Below, in pieces: positions 24,794-34,789 of a stretch of DNA of 64,000 nucleotides (position 1 is its first letter; each line of letters starts with the position of its first letter). A program made the translations under genes and the position numbers. The notes beneath the pieces are model-generated. The model was given only the letters and a program-made list of their open reading frames with translations, made no database searches and was not told the DNA's origin. The stretch is from Melioribacteraceae bacterium (GTDB lineage Bacteria; Bacteroidota; Ignavibacteria; Ignavibacteriales; Melioribacteraceae), in the NCBI GenBank assembly GCA_041658245.1, contig JBBAAM010000007.1, forward strand, positions 4,089-68,088. Direction: 5' to 3'.

Positions 24794-25949
24794 TTAAGAA
24801 ACTTGTTCCTTTCAAATCATTATTGATCTTAAAATAATGTGCAACAGTTTGCGCGACATCAGAAAAAGTTTTACGTGTACCTAAATTCTTACCTTGAATA
24901 TTTTTTCTATAATAGAGAAGCGGTACATATTCCCGTGTATGATCTGTGCTAATATCAGTTGGGTCATTACCGTGATCTGCGGTTAGGATTAAACGGTCTG
25001 TTTCATCAAGATAATTTACGATCTCTGGTAATCGTGTATCAAATTCTTTAAGAGCGTTGTGAAGTCCTTCGGGATCGTTTCTATGGCCATAGTAAACATC
25101 AAAATCCACAAGATTGGTGAAAATGAAAGATCCTTTAACATTTTTTGCTGTCTCGATAATCTTTTCAATTCCCTCTTGATTAGATTTTGTTTTCAGTTTG
25201 TGTTTTATCCCCTTGTAGTTGAATAGATCATTTACTTTCCCGATTGCATAGGTCTCTATTCCTTCATTCAAACAAAAATCCAAAATTGTCGGTGAGGGCG
25301 GATCAAGAGAAAAATCTTTTCGATTTGTTGTACGGGTATAATTTCCTTCTGTCCCAATAAATGGTCTAGCTATAATTCTTCCAACGGCGTCTTTACCGAC
25401 TAAAACTTTTTCGCGTGCAATCGTACAAATTTCGTAAAGTTTATTTATGGGTATTACTTCTTCATGAACCGCGATTTGAAAAACTGAATCTGCGGAAGTG
25501 TAAACAATCGGATAGCCGGTTCTTTCATGTTCTGCACCAAGGTCTTTAATAATTTCTGTTCCCGAGGCGGCATAATTACCAAGAATATTTTTCAGACCGG
25601 TGGCATTTAAAAATCTGTTGATAAGTTCTTGCGGAAATCCATCAGGATAAAACGGAAATCCAATCTCAACTTTTAACCCGCCTAATTCCCAATGTCCGGT
25701 TGTAGAATCTTTTCCCGGAGAGATCTCTGATAACTTTCCATACGAAGCTAATGGTTGGTTTTGTGCTTGAATACCAAGGATGGGATTAATATTTCCTAAT
25801 CCAAATTGTTCAAGATTAGGTAAATTCAAACCGCCGAGACGATTTGCCATATTGCCAAGTGTATTGCTTCCTTGATCAGAATAATTTTTAGCATCGGGCA
25901 GTTCACCAATCCCGACACCATCGAGAACTATAACAAAGAAATTGTTCAC
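24786..25949 (-). CDS. deoB: Phosphopentomutase
   Basis: VIVLDGVGIGELPDA...GSNTLGN N-terminus, metal-binding TADHGNDPT block, 387 aa. Confidence 0.9.
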   Translation of the reverse strand: MNNFFVIVLDGVGIGELPDAKNYSDQGSNTLGNMANRLGGLNLPNLEQFGLGNINPILGIQAQNQPLASYGKLSEISPGKDSTTGHWELGGLKVEIGFPFYPDGFPQELINRFLNATGLKNILGNYAASGTEIIKDLGAEHERTGYPIVYTSADSVFQIAVHEEVIPINKLYEICTIAREKVLVGKDAVGRIIARPFIGTEGNYTRTTNRKDFSLDPPSPTILDFCLNEGIETYAIGKVNDLFNYKGIKHKLKTKSNQEGIEKIIETAKNVKGSFIFTNLVDFDVYYGHRNDPEGLHNALKEFDTRLPEIVNYLDETDRLILTADHGNDPTDISTDHTREYVPLLYYRKNIQGKNLGTRKTFSDVAQTVAHYFKINNDLKGTSFLNE

Positions 25950-25965
25950 AGGGTACTTTCGAATG

Positions 25966-27843
25966 TTAGCTGATACTTTTTACCGTGTTGCCGCCTTTTT
26001 CTAATGCTTTTTTAAGTGCAAGTTCCGCATTAGATAAGATCTCTTGAACATCGGTTTTGTTTGTTGTTGAAGCAACTCCGATCGAAACAGTAAATGTTGT
26101 TTGCTTAGAAACTATAGCAATCGGTTTGCGGGCAATTTTAATCCGTATTTTTTCCGCCCATAGAAAAACATCTTTCGGTGACATATTGAAAAAATATACT
26201 GCAAAAACTTTTTGGCTTAATCGCCCGATTAAATTTAACGGTGTCATTTCATCTTTAATGATCTGTGAAACTACACGTACAATTTTAGGGAACGGATCGC
26301 TTTCAAATAATGAATCTTGTTCCAGAAATTCATCAATTTTGATCATTGCAATTGCACCTTGAATTCCTAATTCTTTACTGCGGACAAGATCAACGGTAAA
26401 CCGTTCGAGGAACGAATCATAATTCAAAGTTTTTGTTTCTGCATCAACTGAAAGCAAACTTTTTAGAACACTAATGGTTGAATACGAATGAAGTATGAAA
26501 GCAAATATCTTCGTTGCGTTCTTGATAAAAGTAACTTCATTATTTGAATAAACATTTTTTTTCAAACTTTCGAAGCACAGAACTCCAAAGTTTTGCTCAT
26601 CATAAACTAAAGGAATTGCTAAGAAAGAACCATCGAAACTAACATCTTCACTTTTTGCAAAGCGAGGAATTTCTGAAATTGAAGTATCATCAATCTTAAC
26701 AGGAGTTGCACTTAATATAGCTCTTCCGATCAAAGTTCCGGAAAGATCAATTTCTAAATTTTCACCGACATACTTTAAGGAAGTTTTATTAATAATCTTT
26801 GAAGTCTTAAATTTATGTTCCGACGGATAATAAGAAACAAAAGTAAAAGAATCCCAATCTATTAACCCCTGGACTGCATTCTCAATAGTTCTATGAAGAT
26901 CGGACTCAGATTCAATTTTTTTATCGTGACTCAACATGTTAAGCAAAGTATTTAATCTCATCTCTGCTTGAGATTCGGAAAATTTTTCTTCGAATAATGT
27001 TATTATGATTGAAATGACTCGAACAATTCTGCCGAGTGCATAAACTTGTTCAATTCCGAACGCATCATTTACTTTAGAATCGAGAACAAGAATACCGGTT
27101 AATGATTTACCATAGAATAATGGCACACCGACAAAACTCTTAATTCCCTGTGGGGCGCTGTAATATCTTATCACATCTATTTCAGCATTTGAAGAAATGT
27201 CAGTCAATAACTCGGGTTCTTCTTTTTGGACAATCTTCCCGAGTATATCATCTTCAAGATCATATTTTTGTTGTGTAATTTGAGATGAACTTGTTACATA
27301 ACGTTCAAGCGTTAATCGTTTTCTATTTTTATTGTACCAGAAAAAAGCTGCTGTGTGAGCCATGAAAGAATCTTTTACTACACTTAAAATTTTTTCAAGA
27401 ACAAAACCGAATTGTTCATCATGATTAACGTCTTCCGGAAGCTGTTCGTGAACAATCTTTTCAAAATTTTGTTTGAAGTCAGGCGGCTTAAAAAGATCTT
27501 TATTGCTACGGTTAATACCCGAAGCAAAATTATCAGCTGTAATTACTTCAATATTTTTTGTCGGAGAAATTATTTTGAAATCTTCACCGGCATCTGTTCC
27601 ATATCGGTACTGCTCATTTGCTTTATCTTCTTCAAAAAGATCTGATTGCAAATCAAAATCAGTTTCAATTGAATTATTTTTCATGGAATCGCGCAGGAAA
27701 ATAATGAATCCTGAATAAACAAGAAGAATAACACCGGAAATAATTTTGAGGGTAAAATCATCGGTAAAAAATGGAATTACTACAAGAATTGGAATAAATA
27801 AGAAAATGAAAATTCTCTTTCTGATTTTTTCTGTAATTCCCAT
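25966..27843 (-). CDS. Membrane-anchored GAF-domain signalling protein with degenerate GGDEF domain
   Basis: Two N-terminal TM segments and GAF-like repeats. The C-terminal GGDEF fold is present (LNYDSFLERF, MIKIDEF, TVSIGVAS), but the GGDEF site reads GRLSQKVFAV. Confidence 0.7.
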   Translation of the reverse strand: MGITEKIRKRIFIFLFIPILVVIPFFTDDFTLKIISGVILLVYSGFIIFLRDSMKNNSIETDFDLQSDLFEEDKANEQYRYGTDAGEDFKIISPTKNIEVITADNFASGINRSNKDLFKPPDFKQNFEKIVHEQLPEDVNHDEQFGFVLEKILSVVKDSFMAHTAAFFWYNKNRKRLTLERYVTSSSQITQQKYDLEDDILGKIVQKEEPELLTDISSNAEIDVIRYYSAPQGIKSFVGVPLFYGKSLTGILVLDSKVNDAFGIEQVYALGRIVRVISIIITLFEEKFSESQAEMRLNTLLNMLSHDKKIESESDLHRTIENAVQGLIDWDSFTFVSYYPSEHKFKTSKIINKTSLKYVGENLEIDLSGTLIGRAILSATPVKIDDTSISEIPRFAKSEDVSFDGSFLAIPLVYDEQNFGVLCFESLKKNVYSNNEVTFIKNATKIFAFILHSYSTISVLKSLLSVDAETKTLNYDSFLERFTVDLVRSKELGIQGAIAMIKIDEFLEQDSLFESDPFPKIVRVVSQIIKDEMTPLNLIGRLSQKVFAVYFFNMSPKDVFLWAEKIRIKIARKPIAIVSKQTTFTVSIGVASTTNKTDVQEILSNAELALKKALEKGGNTVKSIS

Positions 27844-27935
27844 CCGTCCTTCTTAAGATCTAGTGAAAGAAATATGTCCTAAATTATTATTCCTTACAAC
27901 TTTACATTCAATAATAAGAAAGATTTAAGTGATTT

Positions 27936-28517
27936 TCATATAAGGAAGAGAGAGGTCAACAACTTTACTACTTCTTTTTTACCGGTACCTTTAATAGTTG
28001 AATAGAAAAGCATATTCTCGCCGTATATGAGCTCCGGGAAGAATTTATTGATTTGCTTTTGTGCTGAAGCCAGTTCGGATTGTTTTAGTTTATCAGATTT
28101 GTTCAGAATAATAAAATACGGGATATTCTGTTTGTGCAGGAATTCATTTAGTTCGATATCCAACTGCATTGGATCATGGCGGCTGTCAATTATATGAACA
28201 GCAAGATCAATATTTTTATTAAGTGAAAAATATTTTTCCAGCAAATACTGCCATGCGTCCCGTTCACTTTTTGAAACCCTTGCATAACCAAAACCAGGTA
28301 AGTCTACTAAAAAAAATTTATTTTCTACTAAATAGTAATTAATGGAACGTGTTTTACCCGGGTGAGAAGAAGTCTTGGCTAATTTTGTATTAAACAAGGA
28401 ATTAATAAATGAAGATTTACCCACATTTGAACGACCGCAAAGAACAACCGTAGATAAATCTTGTTTCGGTAATTCGTTTAGATTATAAACCGGTTTTATG
28501 AATTCAATTTTTTTCAT
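27936..28517 (-). CDS. engB: Ribosome-biogenesis GTPase EngB/YsxC
   Basis: G1 motif GRSNVGKSS, DLPGFGYA, NKSDK. The start is set at the ATG (MKKIEF...) rather than the upstream TTG of the tracked ORF. Confidence 0.85.
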   Translation of the reverse strand: MKKIEFIKPVYNLNELPKQDLSTVVLCGRSNVGKSSFINSLFNTKLAKTSSHPGKTRSINYYLVENKFFLVDLPGFGYARVSKSERDAWQYLLEKYFSLNKNIDLAVHIIDSRHDPMQLDIELNEFLHKQNIPYFIILNKSDKLKQSELASAQKQINKFFPELIYGENMLFYSTIKGTGKKEVVKLLTSLFLI

Positions 28518-28580
28518 AGAAACAAAAAAGAGTAACCGAAGATCGATTACTCTTTTCAAAATAATTTATGATTTATCTTA

Positions 28581-29153
28581 TCAACTGCCTTTTTTCTGCG
28601 GAGTTTTTGTAGTTTTAATTTTTTTCTCTTTTACATCCGGTTTTTCTTTAGGCGATTTTTCTCTTTTGGATTTTGGAGCTGATTTCTTTTTCAGTTTTTC
28701 AGCTTTCTTTTCTTCTGCTTTAGTTTCTTCTACTTTTGAATCTGTAGGCTTCTCTTCATCTTTAGTTTTCTTTGGTGCTTTAGGTTTTACTATTCCACTG
28801 AAATCTACTAATTCAATGATTGCCATTTCAGCGCCATCGCCTTTCCTTCGTCCTAAACGAACAACGCGAGTGTAACCACCTGCTCTATCACCAATTTTAG
28901 AAATAATGTCTGAAAATAATCCTGACACAATTTCTCTATCGTTAATTTGTGCGGAGACATATCTTCTTGTATGAACAGAATCTGTTTTTGCTTTTGTTAT
29001 TAGAGGTTCAACAAAACCGCGCAGTTCCTTAGCTTTTGCTGTAGTGGTTGTAATCTTTTTGTGCTTTAATAAAGATGCAGCTAATGATCTCAATAATGCA
29101 AGTCTGTGACTTGCTGTTCTGCCTAATTTTCTACCTTTAACTCTATGTCTCAT
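28581..29153 (-). CDS. rplQ: 50S ribosomal protein L17 with long Lys/Glu-rich C-terminal tail
   Basis: MRHRVKGRKLGRTASHR core, syntenic after rpoA. The last roughly 65 aa are a low-complexity K/E/P-rich tail. Confidence 0.95.
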   Translation of the reverse strand: MRHRVKGRKLGRTASHRLALLRSLAASLLKHKKITTTTAKAKELRGFVEPLITKAKTDSVHTRRYVSAQINDREIVSGLFSDIISKIGDRAGGYTRVVRLGRRKGDGAEMAIIELVDFSGIVKPKAPKKTKDEEKPTDSKVEETKAEEKKAEKLKKKSAPKSKREKSPKEKPDVKEKKIKTTKTPQKKGS

Positions 29154-29173
29154 TCTTTAACCTTCTGGAAATA

Positions 29174-30169
29174 CTAGTTGTTTTCTGGTTTATCTTTTAT
29201 ATACTTGTCAACATCCATACCGAACTCAAGTCCGTAATTTTCAACGATCTCGATCAACTCAGCCAAAGATTTTCTTCCGAAATTTCTAAACTTAAGCATT
29301 TCGCTTTCATCTCTCTTAACAAGATCGGATAAGTTTTTGATGTTTGCAGCTTTTAAGCAATTATGTGAACGGACACTCAACTCAAGATCGTCAACATTTG
29401 TTAAAAGAATCTTTTTGATTCTTTCTGCTTCAGCATCTTTTTCATTTTCAACTTTTTCTTCTTCAGGCTCAGCATCAAAGTTGATGAATATTTGAATATG
29501 ATCTTTCAATATTTTTGCTGAACCGGAAAGAGCTTCTTCCGGTGTTATTGATCCGTCAGTATGAATATCAATTGATAATTTTTCATAATCATTTTTTTCA
29601 CCGATACGTACGTTTTCAACATTGTAATGAACATTAATGATCGGTGTAAATATCGAATCAATCGGGATTGTACCAATAGTCATTTCCGGAATTTTCTGTT
29701 CATTGGAAGGAACATATCCTTTTCCAATTCCGAACTTTAATTCCATATTTAACTTTGCATCAGAGTTCAAGCGCGCAATGTGAAGATCCGGGTTTAATAT
29801 TTCAATATCCGGACAAGCTTTTTGAATATCTCCGGCTCTAAATTCTTTTGAACCGTTAAAAGTAATTTCACAACCGGTAACTTTCTTATTAACGATTCTC
29901 ATTCTTACTTTTTTCAAATTAAGAATAAGTTCTGTAACGTCTTCAACTACACCGGGAACTGTTGAAAACTCGTGTAAGACTCCCTCAATCTTAATAGCAG
30001 TTACTGCAGCTCCGGTAAGGGATGATAACAACACTCTTCTTAAAGCATTGCCTAATGTAACTCCAAAACCTCTCTCAAGAGGTTGGATCAGAAATCTTCC
30101 AAAATTTTCTTTACTTGAAGATTCGTCGAGAACGACACCATCGGGCATCTTTATGAATGGATAACTCAT
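29174..30169 (-). CDS. rpoA: DNA-directed RNA polymerase subunit alpha
   Basis: FGVTLGNALRRVLLSS motif and C-terminal domain ELSVRSHNCLK. Alpha-operon synteny. Confidence 0.95.
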   Translation of the reverse strand: MSYPFIKMPDGVVLDESSSKENFGRFLIQPLERGFGVTLGNALRRVLLSSLTGAAVTAIKIEGVLHEFSTVPGVVEDVTELILNLKKVRMRIVNKKVTGCEITFNGSKEFRAGDIQKACPDIEILNPDLHIARLNSDAKLNMELKFGIGKGYVPSNEQKIPEMTIGTIPIDSIFTPIINVHYNVENVRIGEKNDYEKLSIDIHTDGSITPEEALSGSAKILKDHIQIFINFDAEPEEEKVENEKDAEAERIKKILLTNVDDLELSVRSHNCLKAANIKNLSDLVKRDESEMLKFRNFGRKSLAELIEIVENYGLEFGMDVDKYIKDKPENN

Positions 30170-30195
30170 TTAGTATCCTCTTTATAATTTTATAA

Positions 30196-30822
30196 TTACT
30201 TAGAATACAACTCAACAATCAATTGTTCGTTTGCATTCAATGGAATATCTTCTCTTTCAGGAACATTTAAGAATGTACCGGATAGAGTAGCTTTATCTAC
30301 TGACAACCAACTGTAGACGTTGTCTTTTGTTCTTCTTAAGGAATTGTGAATAGCATCAAGCTTTTTACTTTTATCTCTAACAGAAATTACATCGCCGGAA
30401 GAAAGTGAGAATGAAGGAATATTAACAATTTGCCCATTAACGGTAAAGTGCCTGTGAAGAACTAATTGACGGGCAGATTTTCTTGAAGGTGCAAACCCAA
30501 GACGGAAAACTGTATTATCCAATCTCTTTTCTAAAAGTTTAATTAAGTTACCACCGGTAACACCTTTTTGACGAATTGCATTATCAAAATAATTATGGAA
30601 CTGAGTTTCCTGCAACCCATAAATTCTTTTTACCTTCTGTTTTTCTCGAAGCTGAACGCCGTATTCAGAAAATTTTGTTCTTCGTGTTAAGCCGTGTTGC
30701 CCAGGTGCATAGTTCTTCTGTTCCAACGGGCATTTTTCGGATAAGCACTTAGATCCTTTTAAAAATAATTTTGTCTTTTCCCTTCTGCATAATCTGCAAC
30801 TCGGGCCAGTGTATCTTGCCAT
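30196..30822 (-). CDS. rpsD: 30S ribosomal protein S4
   Basis: [16 protein letters not shown]-terminus and S4 domain. Synteny. Confidence 0.95.
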   Translation of the reverse strand: MARYTGPSCRLCRREKTKLFLKGSKCLSEKCPLEQKNYAPGQHGLTRRTKFSEYGVQLREKQKVKRIYGLQETQFHNYFDNAIRQKGVTGGNLIKLLEKRLDNTVFRLGFAPSRKSARQLVLHRHFTVNGQIVNIPSFSLSSGDVISVRDKSKKLDAIHNSLRRTKDNVYSWLSVDKATLSGTFLNVPEREDIPLNANEQLIVELYSK

Positions 30823-30838
30823 CTAAAGTTTCTCCTGA

Positions 30839-31225
30839 TTAAACTCTTCTGCGTTTTGGTGGTCTGCAACCGTTATGAGGAATTGGCGTTTGATCTTTGA
30901 TTGATAGAATATCCAATCCTGCTGTATTTAAAGCTCTGATTGCTGCTTCTCTTCCTGAACCGGGACCTTTAACAAGCACATCAATTTTTCTTAGTCCTAA
31001 ACCATGCGCTTCTTTACCGGCAGCTTCTGCGGTAACTTGTGCAGCAAATGGAGTATTTTTTCTTGAACCCTTAAAACCGTTTTTACCGGCTGAAGACCAA
31101 GAAATAGTATTTCCATAAATATCTGTAATCGTAACTATCACGTTGTTGAAAGTGGCTTTAATATGTGCAACACCAACAGCATCAACATGAACTTTCTTTT
31201 TAGTCTTTTTAACAACTTTTGCCAA
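30839..31225 (-). CDS. rpsK: 30S ribosomal protein S11
   Basis: [15 protein letters not shown]...[13 protein letters not shown]...[13 protein letters not shown]. Confidence 0.95.
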   Translation of the reverse strand: MAKVVKKTKKKVHVDAVGVAHIKATFNNVIVTITDIYGNTISWSSAGKNGFKGSRKNTPFAAQVTAEAAGKEAHGLGLRKIDVLVKGPGSGREAAIRALNTAGLDILSIKDQTPIPHNGCRPPKRRRV

Positions 31226-31252
31226 TTTAACTCCTCAATAAAAAATAATTAA

Positions 31253-31636
31253 TTACTTCTTAGCCGGTGTTTTCTTTTTGCCGGCAACTGTTTTACGTTT
31301 TCCTTTACGCGTTCTTGAGTTAGTTCTAGTACGCTGTCCGCGAACAGGTAAACTTCTTCTGTGGCGAAGACCGCGATATGAACCAATATCCATTAATCGT
31401 TTAATATTCTGTTGAACTTCACTTCTTAATGAACCTTCAACTTTATAATCGGCAGTCATTACAGAACGAATCTTTGCAATTTCTTCTTCTGTTAATTCAC
31501 TAACTTTTTTATTCGGATTAACATTCGCTCTAGTAAGAATTTCCATTGCCGATTTATCACCGATACCGAAAATGTAAGTAAGACCGATGAAAGCTTTTTT
31601 ATTTTTTGGTAAATCAATACCTGCTAAACGAGCCAA
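31253..31636 (-). CDS. rpsM: 30S ribosomal protein S13
   Basis: [13 protein letters not shown]...[20 protein letters not shown]. Confidence 0.95.
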   Translation of the reverse strand: MARLAGIDLPKNKKAFIGLTYIFGIGDKSAMEILTRANVNPNKKVSELTEEEIAKIRSVMTADYKVEGSLRSEVQQNIKRLMDIGSYRGLRHRRSLPVRGQRTRTNSRTRKGKRKTVAGKKKTPAKK

Positions 31637-31654
31637 ATCTATAACCTCCTAAGT

Positions 31655-31768
31655 TTAACCTTGTCTCTGTTTATGTTTAGGGTTTTTACAAATAACTCTA
31701 ACAACCCCTTTTCTTTTAATTATCTTACAGTTTTCACAAATCTTGCGAACAGATGAGCGAACCTTCAT
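31655..31768 (-). CDS. rpmJ: 50S ribosomal protein L36 (37 aa, absent from ORF track)
   Basis: Manual translation [37 protein letters not shown]. Canonical position between infA and rpsM. Confidence 0.95.
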   Translation of the reverse strand: MKVRSSVRKICENCKIIKRKGVVRVICKNPKHKQRQG

Positions 31769-31778
31769 TTCTACTCCG

Positions 31779-31997
31779 TTATTTATATCTGTATGTAATT
31801 CTACCTTTTTTCAAATCGTAAGGTGAAAGTTCTATGGCAACTTTATCACCAACCAAAATTTTTATGAAATGCATTCTCATTTTACCGGAAATATGAGCAA
31901 GAATTTCGTGGCCGTTATCGAGTCGGACTTTAAAATGTGCATTAGGTAAAGTTTCAGTAACTATTCCGTCAACCTTTATCGGTCCTTGTTTAGCCAT
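31779..31997 (-). CDS. infA: Translation initiation factor IF-1
   Basis: 72-aa S1-like OB protein ([29 protein letters not shown]). Synteny. Confidence 0.95.
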   Translation of the reverse strand: MAKQGPIKVDGIVTETLPNAHFKVRLDNGHEILAHISGKMRMHFIKILVGDKVAIELSPYDLKKGRITYRYK

Positions 31998-32000
31998 TTA

Positions 32001-32762
32001 TCAGCACTTTGTTAATATTTCTGGTTTACCATCAATAATTACAACAGTATGTTCAAAATGTGCAGAAGGTTTTCCGTCTGCTGTTAAAACTGTCCATCCG
32101 TCTTCAGCAACAATAACTTTATAAGATCCCATATTCACCATCGGTTCAAGAGCGAGTGTCATAGCATTCTTTATCAAAGGTCCGTTTCCCTTTTTTCCGT
32201 AGTTAGAAATTTGCGGATCTTCATGAAGATGTTTACCAATTCCGTGGCCGCATAGATCTCGTACTACTGAGAATCCGTTTTCTTCAACAAGTGACTGAAC
32301 AGAACTGGAATAATCACCAAGTCTGCTTCCTTCTTTCAATTGTTCAATACCTAAGTACAATGATCTTTCAGTTACATCCAACAATTTTTGTTTTTCATCA
32401 GAGATTATTCCAACTGCTACTGAAAGAGCTGCATCTCCAAAGTATTTATTCTTTTCAACACCAACATCAATCGAAAGAATTTCACCTTCTTTTAGAACTC
32501 TGTTGCCGGGAATCCCGTGAACAACCTCATCATCAATTGAAGAACAAATAGAACCGGGAAAATCAAAAGAACCTGCTTGAGAATATCCTTTAAATGCCGG
32601 TCTTCCATTATTACTTAATATATAATCTTCAGCAATCTTATCCAGTTCAATAGTCGTTATACCAGGTTTGACATAACGCTTCAATAATTGTAGAACTTCA
32701 GCAACTATAACACAGCTTTCGCGAATTAAATCAATCTCTTTTTTGCTTTTTATTAGGATCAC
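32001..32762 (-). CDS. map: Type I methionine aminopeptidase
   Basis: MILIKSKKEIDLIRES..., metal ligands in the DVGV, GHGIG and EHTV blocks, GTG start. It follows secY directly, with no adk between. Confidence 0.95.
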   Translation of the reverse strand: MILIKSKKEIDLIRESCVIVAEVLQLLKRYVKPGITTIELDKIAEDYILSNNGRPAFKGYSQAGSFDFPGSICSSIDDEVVHGIPGNRVLKEGEILSIDVGVEKNKYFGDAALSVAVGIISDEKQKLLDVTERSLYLGIEQLKEGSRLGDYSSSVQSLVEENGFSVVRDLCGHGIGKHLHEDPQISNYGKKGNGPLIKNAMTLALEPMVNMGSYKVIVAEDGWTVLTADGKPSAHFEHTVVIIDGKPEILTKC

Positions 32763-32775
32763 ATCAAAAACTTAA

Positions 32776-34116
32776 TTAGAATCTTCTACCTTTTAACTTA
32801 CCGGATTTCATGAAACCGTCGTAATGTCTCATCAATAAGTGTGATTCGATCTGCTGTAATGTATCAAGAGCAACACCAACAATAATAAGCAAACTAGTAC
32901 CGCCAAAGAATGACGCAAAACTACCGCTGACACCAAATTTTGAAATGAACGCCGGAAGAATTGCAACGATTGCCAAGAAGAATGATCCCGGCAATGTAAT
33001 CTTTGTTAAAATATTATCTATAAAATCTGCAGTTTGTTTTCCTGGTCTTATGCCGGGAATAAATCCGCCCTGCTTTTTCATATTCTCTGCAACGTCCTGC
33101 GGGTTGAATGCAATTGCTGTATAGAAATACGTAAAGAAAATAATCATCAACGCATAAATAATTGAATATGTTACAGACTGATAATGAAAATAATTAGCAA
33201 TGTATCCAATAAACTCGCTGTTAGGAAAAAATGAAAACATAGTACTTGGAATAAACATAATTGATTGAGCAAAAATAATCGGCATAACTCCGGCTGTGTT
33301 AACTCTCAATGGTATATATTGAGTAACACCGCCGTAAACTTTTCTTCCGACAACTCTTTTAGCATATTGAACAGGAATTCGCCTGGTTCCTTGTGTAACA
33401 AGTACAACACCTGCAATAATCAACACCATCAAAGAAATAATAACAACTTCTATAACTAAATTGCGTTGTCCGGCTGCAATTAATCTATATTCATCAAGTA
33501 ACGCAAAAGGAAATCTGTTAATTATACCAATAAAGATTATTAATGAGATTCCGTTACCAATTCCTTTTTCAGTGATCTGTTCACCCATCCACATAGTAAA
33601 CATAGTACCTGCAACAAGAAGTGTTACGGACGATAAACTCCAGACTACACCTCTAACAGCTTCCGGAACAATTGGTCCGCCTGCAGATACTGTCATGTTC
33701 ATTAGATGAATTGTAACACCCCAAGCTTGAAGAGCAGAAATAAGAACAGTACCATAACGGGTAAGCTGTGTTAATTTCTTTCTTCCTTCTTCGCCTTCTC
33801 TCTGCAATTTTTGAAAATATGGAATTACCGCGCCGGCAATCTGCAATATAATTGATGCAGAAATGTAAGGCATAATTCCAAGCGCAAGGATAGCAGCATT
33901 AGAAAACGCACCGCCTACAAAAAGATCATAAAGACCGAACAAATTGTCAGTGCCTGAATTCTTAGTTGCTTCATGTAATAATGTGGTATCAATACCTGGC
34001 AGCGTGATGTGAGTTCCAATTCTAACGATTACGAGCAGAGCAAGAGTGTAAAGAATTCTCTGTCGTAATTCATGAATCTTAAAAATATTCCGGAATGTTT
34101 CTTGAATTTTTGCCAT
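32776..34116 (-). CDS. secY: Preprotein translocase subunit SecY
   Basis: 10-TM SecY sequence (LALGIMPYISASIILQ...) at the end of the spc operon. Confidence 0.95.
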   Translation of the reverse strand: MAKIQETFRNIFKIHELRQRILYTLALLVIVRIGTHITLPGIDTTLLHEATKNSGTDNLFGLYDLFVGGAFSNAAILALGIMPYISASIILQIAGAVIPYFQKLQREGEEGRKKLTQLTRYGTVLISALQAWGVTIHLMNMTVSAGGPIVPEAVRGVVWSLSSVTLLVAGTMFTMWMGEQITEKGIGNGISLIIFIGIINRFPFALLDEYRLIAAGQRNLVIEVVIISLMVLIIAGVVLVTQGTRRIPVQYAKRVVGRKVYGGVTQYIPLRVNTAGVMPIIFAQSIMFIPSTMFSFFPNSEFIGYIANYFHYQSVTYSIIYALMIIFFTYFYTAIAFNPQDVAENMKKQGGFIPGIRPGKQTADFIDNILTKITLPGSFFLAIVAILPAFISKFGVSGSFASFFGGTSLLIIVGVALDTLQQIESHLLMRHYDGFMKSGKLKGRRF

Positions 34117-34580
34117 TAAAATTTAATCTCTTTAATAGTTCCACCGACAGATTCAATTTTTTCTTTTGCAGAGACACTAAAAAAATGAGCTTCGATATTT
34201 AACTTTGCTTTTAGTTCTCCAAAACCAAGAATTTTAAAAGGAGCTGCGGCTTTAGAAATTACTCCATTCTTATATAAAGAAACTGCGTTGATTACTCCAT
34301 CTTGAACTTTCTTATCATCAACTAATTTTTGTAATCTTGCAAGATTAATAACTTGATTAACAATTTTGAACGGGCTGTGAAATCCTCTTTTGGGAATTCT
34401 TCTTTGAAGCGGCATCTGACCGCCTTCAAACCAAGCAGGAAATTTTGCACCGGAACGTGAACGCTGACCGTTTTCACCGCGCGTAGCCGTACCTCCGTGC
34501 CCGGAACCTTCGCCTCGTCCTATTCTTTTAATTTTATTATGAGAACCTTTTGCAGGTTTTAGATTACTTAGAATATCCAT
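34116..34580 (-). CDS. rplO: 50S ribosomal protein L15
   Basis: RIGRGEGSGHGGTATRG...MPLQRRIPKRGF. Confidence 0.95.
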   Translation of the reverse strand: MDILSNLKPAKGSHNKIKRIGRGEGSGHGGTATRGENGQRSRSGAKFPAWFEGGQMPLQRRIPKRGFHSPFKIVNQVINLARLQKLVDDKKVQDGVINAVSLYKNGVISKAAAPFKILGFGELKAKLNIEAHFFSVSAKEKIESVGGTIKEIKF

Positions 34581-34588
34581 TTCTTCCT

Positions 34589-34777
34589 CTATGCTTCAAT
34601 TTCTTCTACTTTAACAAGATGATGAACTTTTTTTACCATTCCTCTAATTTGAGGAGTATCATTGTGAACAACAAAATGATTTGGTCTGCTAAGACCTAAC
34701 GCTTTAATAGTTAACTTTTGCGGAACAGGTCTGTCAATAACACTTCCTACTTGAGTAATTTTTATTTTCTTTGTCAT
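34589..34777 (-). CDS. rpmD: 50S ribosomal protein L30
   Basis: MTKKIKITQVGSVIDRP...LGL. The start is set at the ATG preceded by GAGGA, not the TTG of the tracked ORF. Confidence 0.9.
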   Translation of the reverse strand: MTKKIKITQVGSVIDRPVPQKLTIKALGLSRPNHFVVHNDTPQIRGMVKKVHHLVKVEEIEA

Positions 34778-34789
34778 TATAATCCTCAA

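Noticed and set aside
28498-28875. 125-aa plus-strand ORF rich in Phe/Ser/Leu
   Set aside because: It is the antisense reading of the Lys/Glu-rich tail of L17 and the end of engB. It is low-complexity and has no start context, so it is a shadow ORF.
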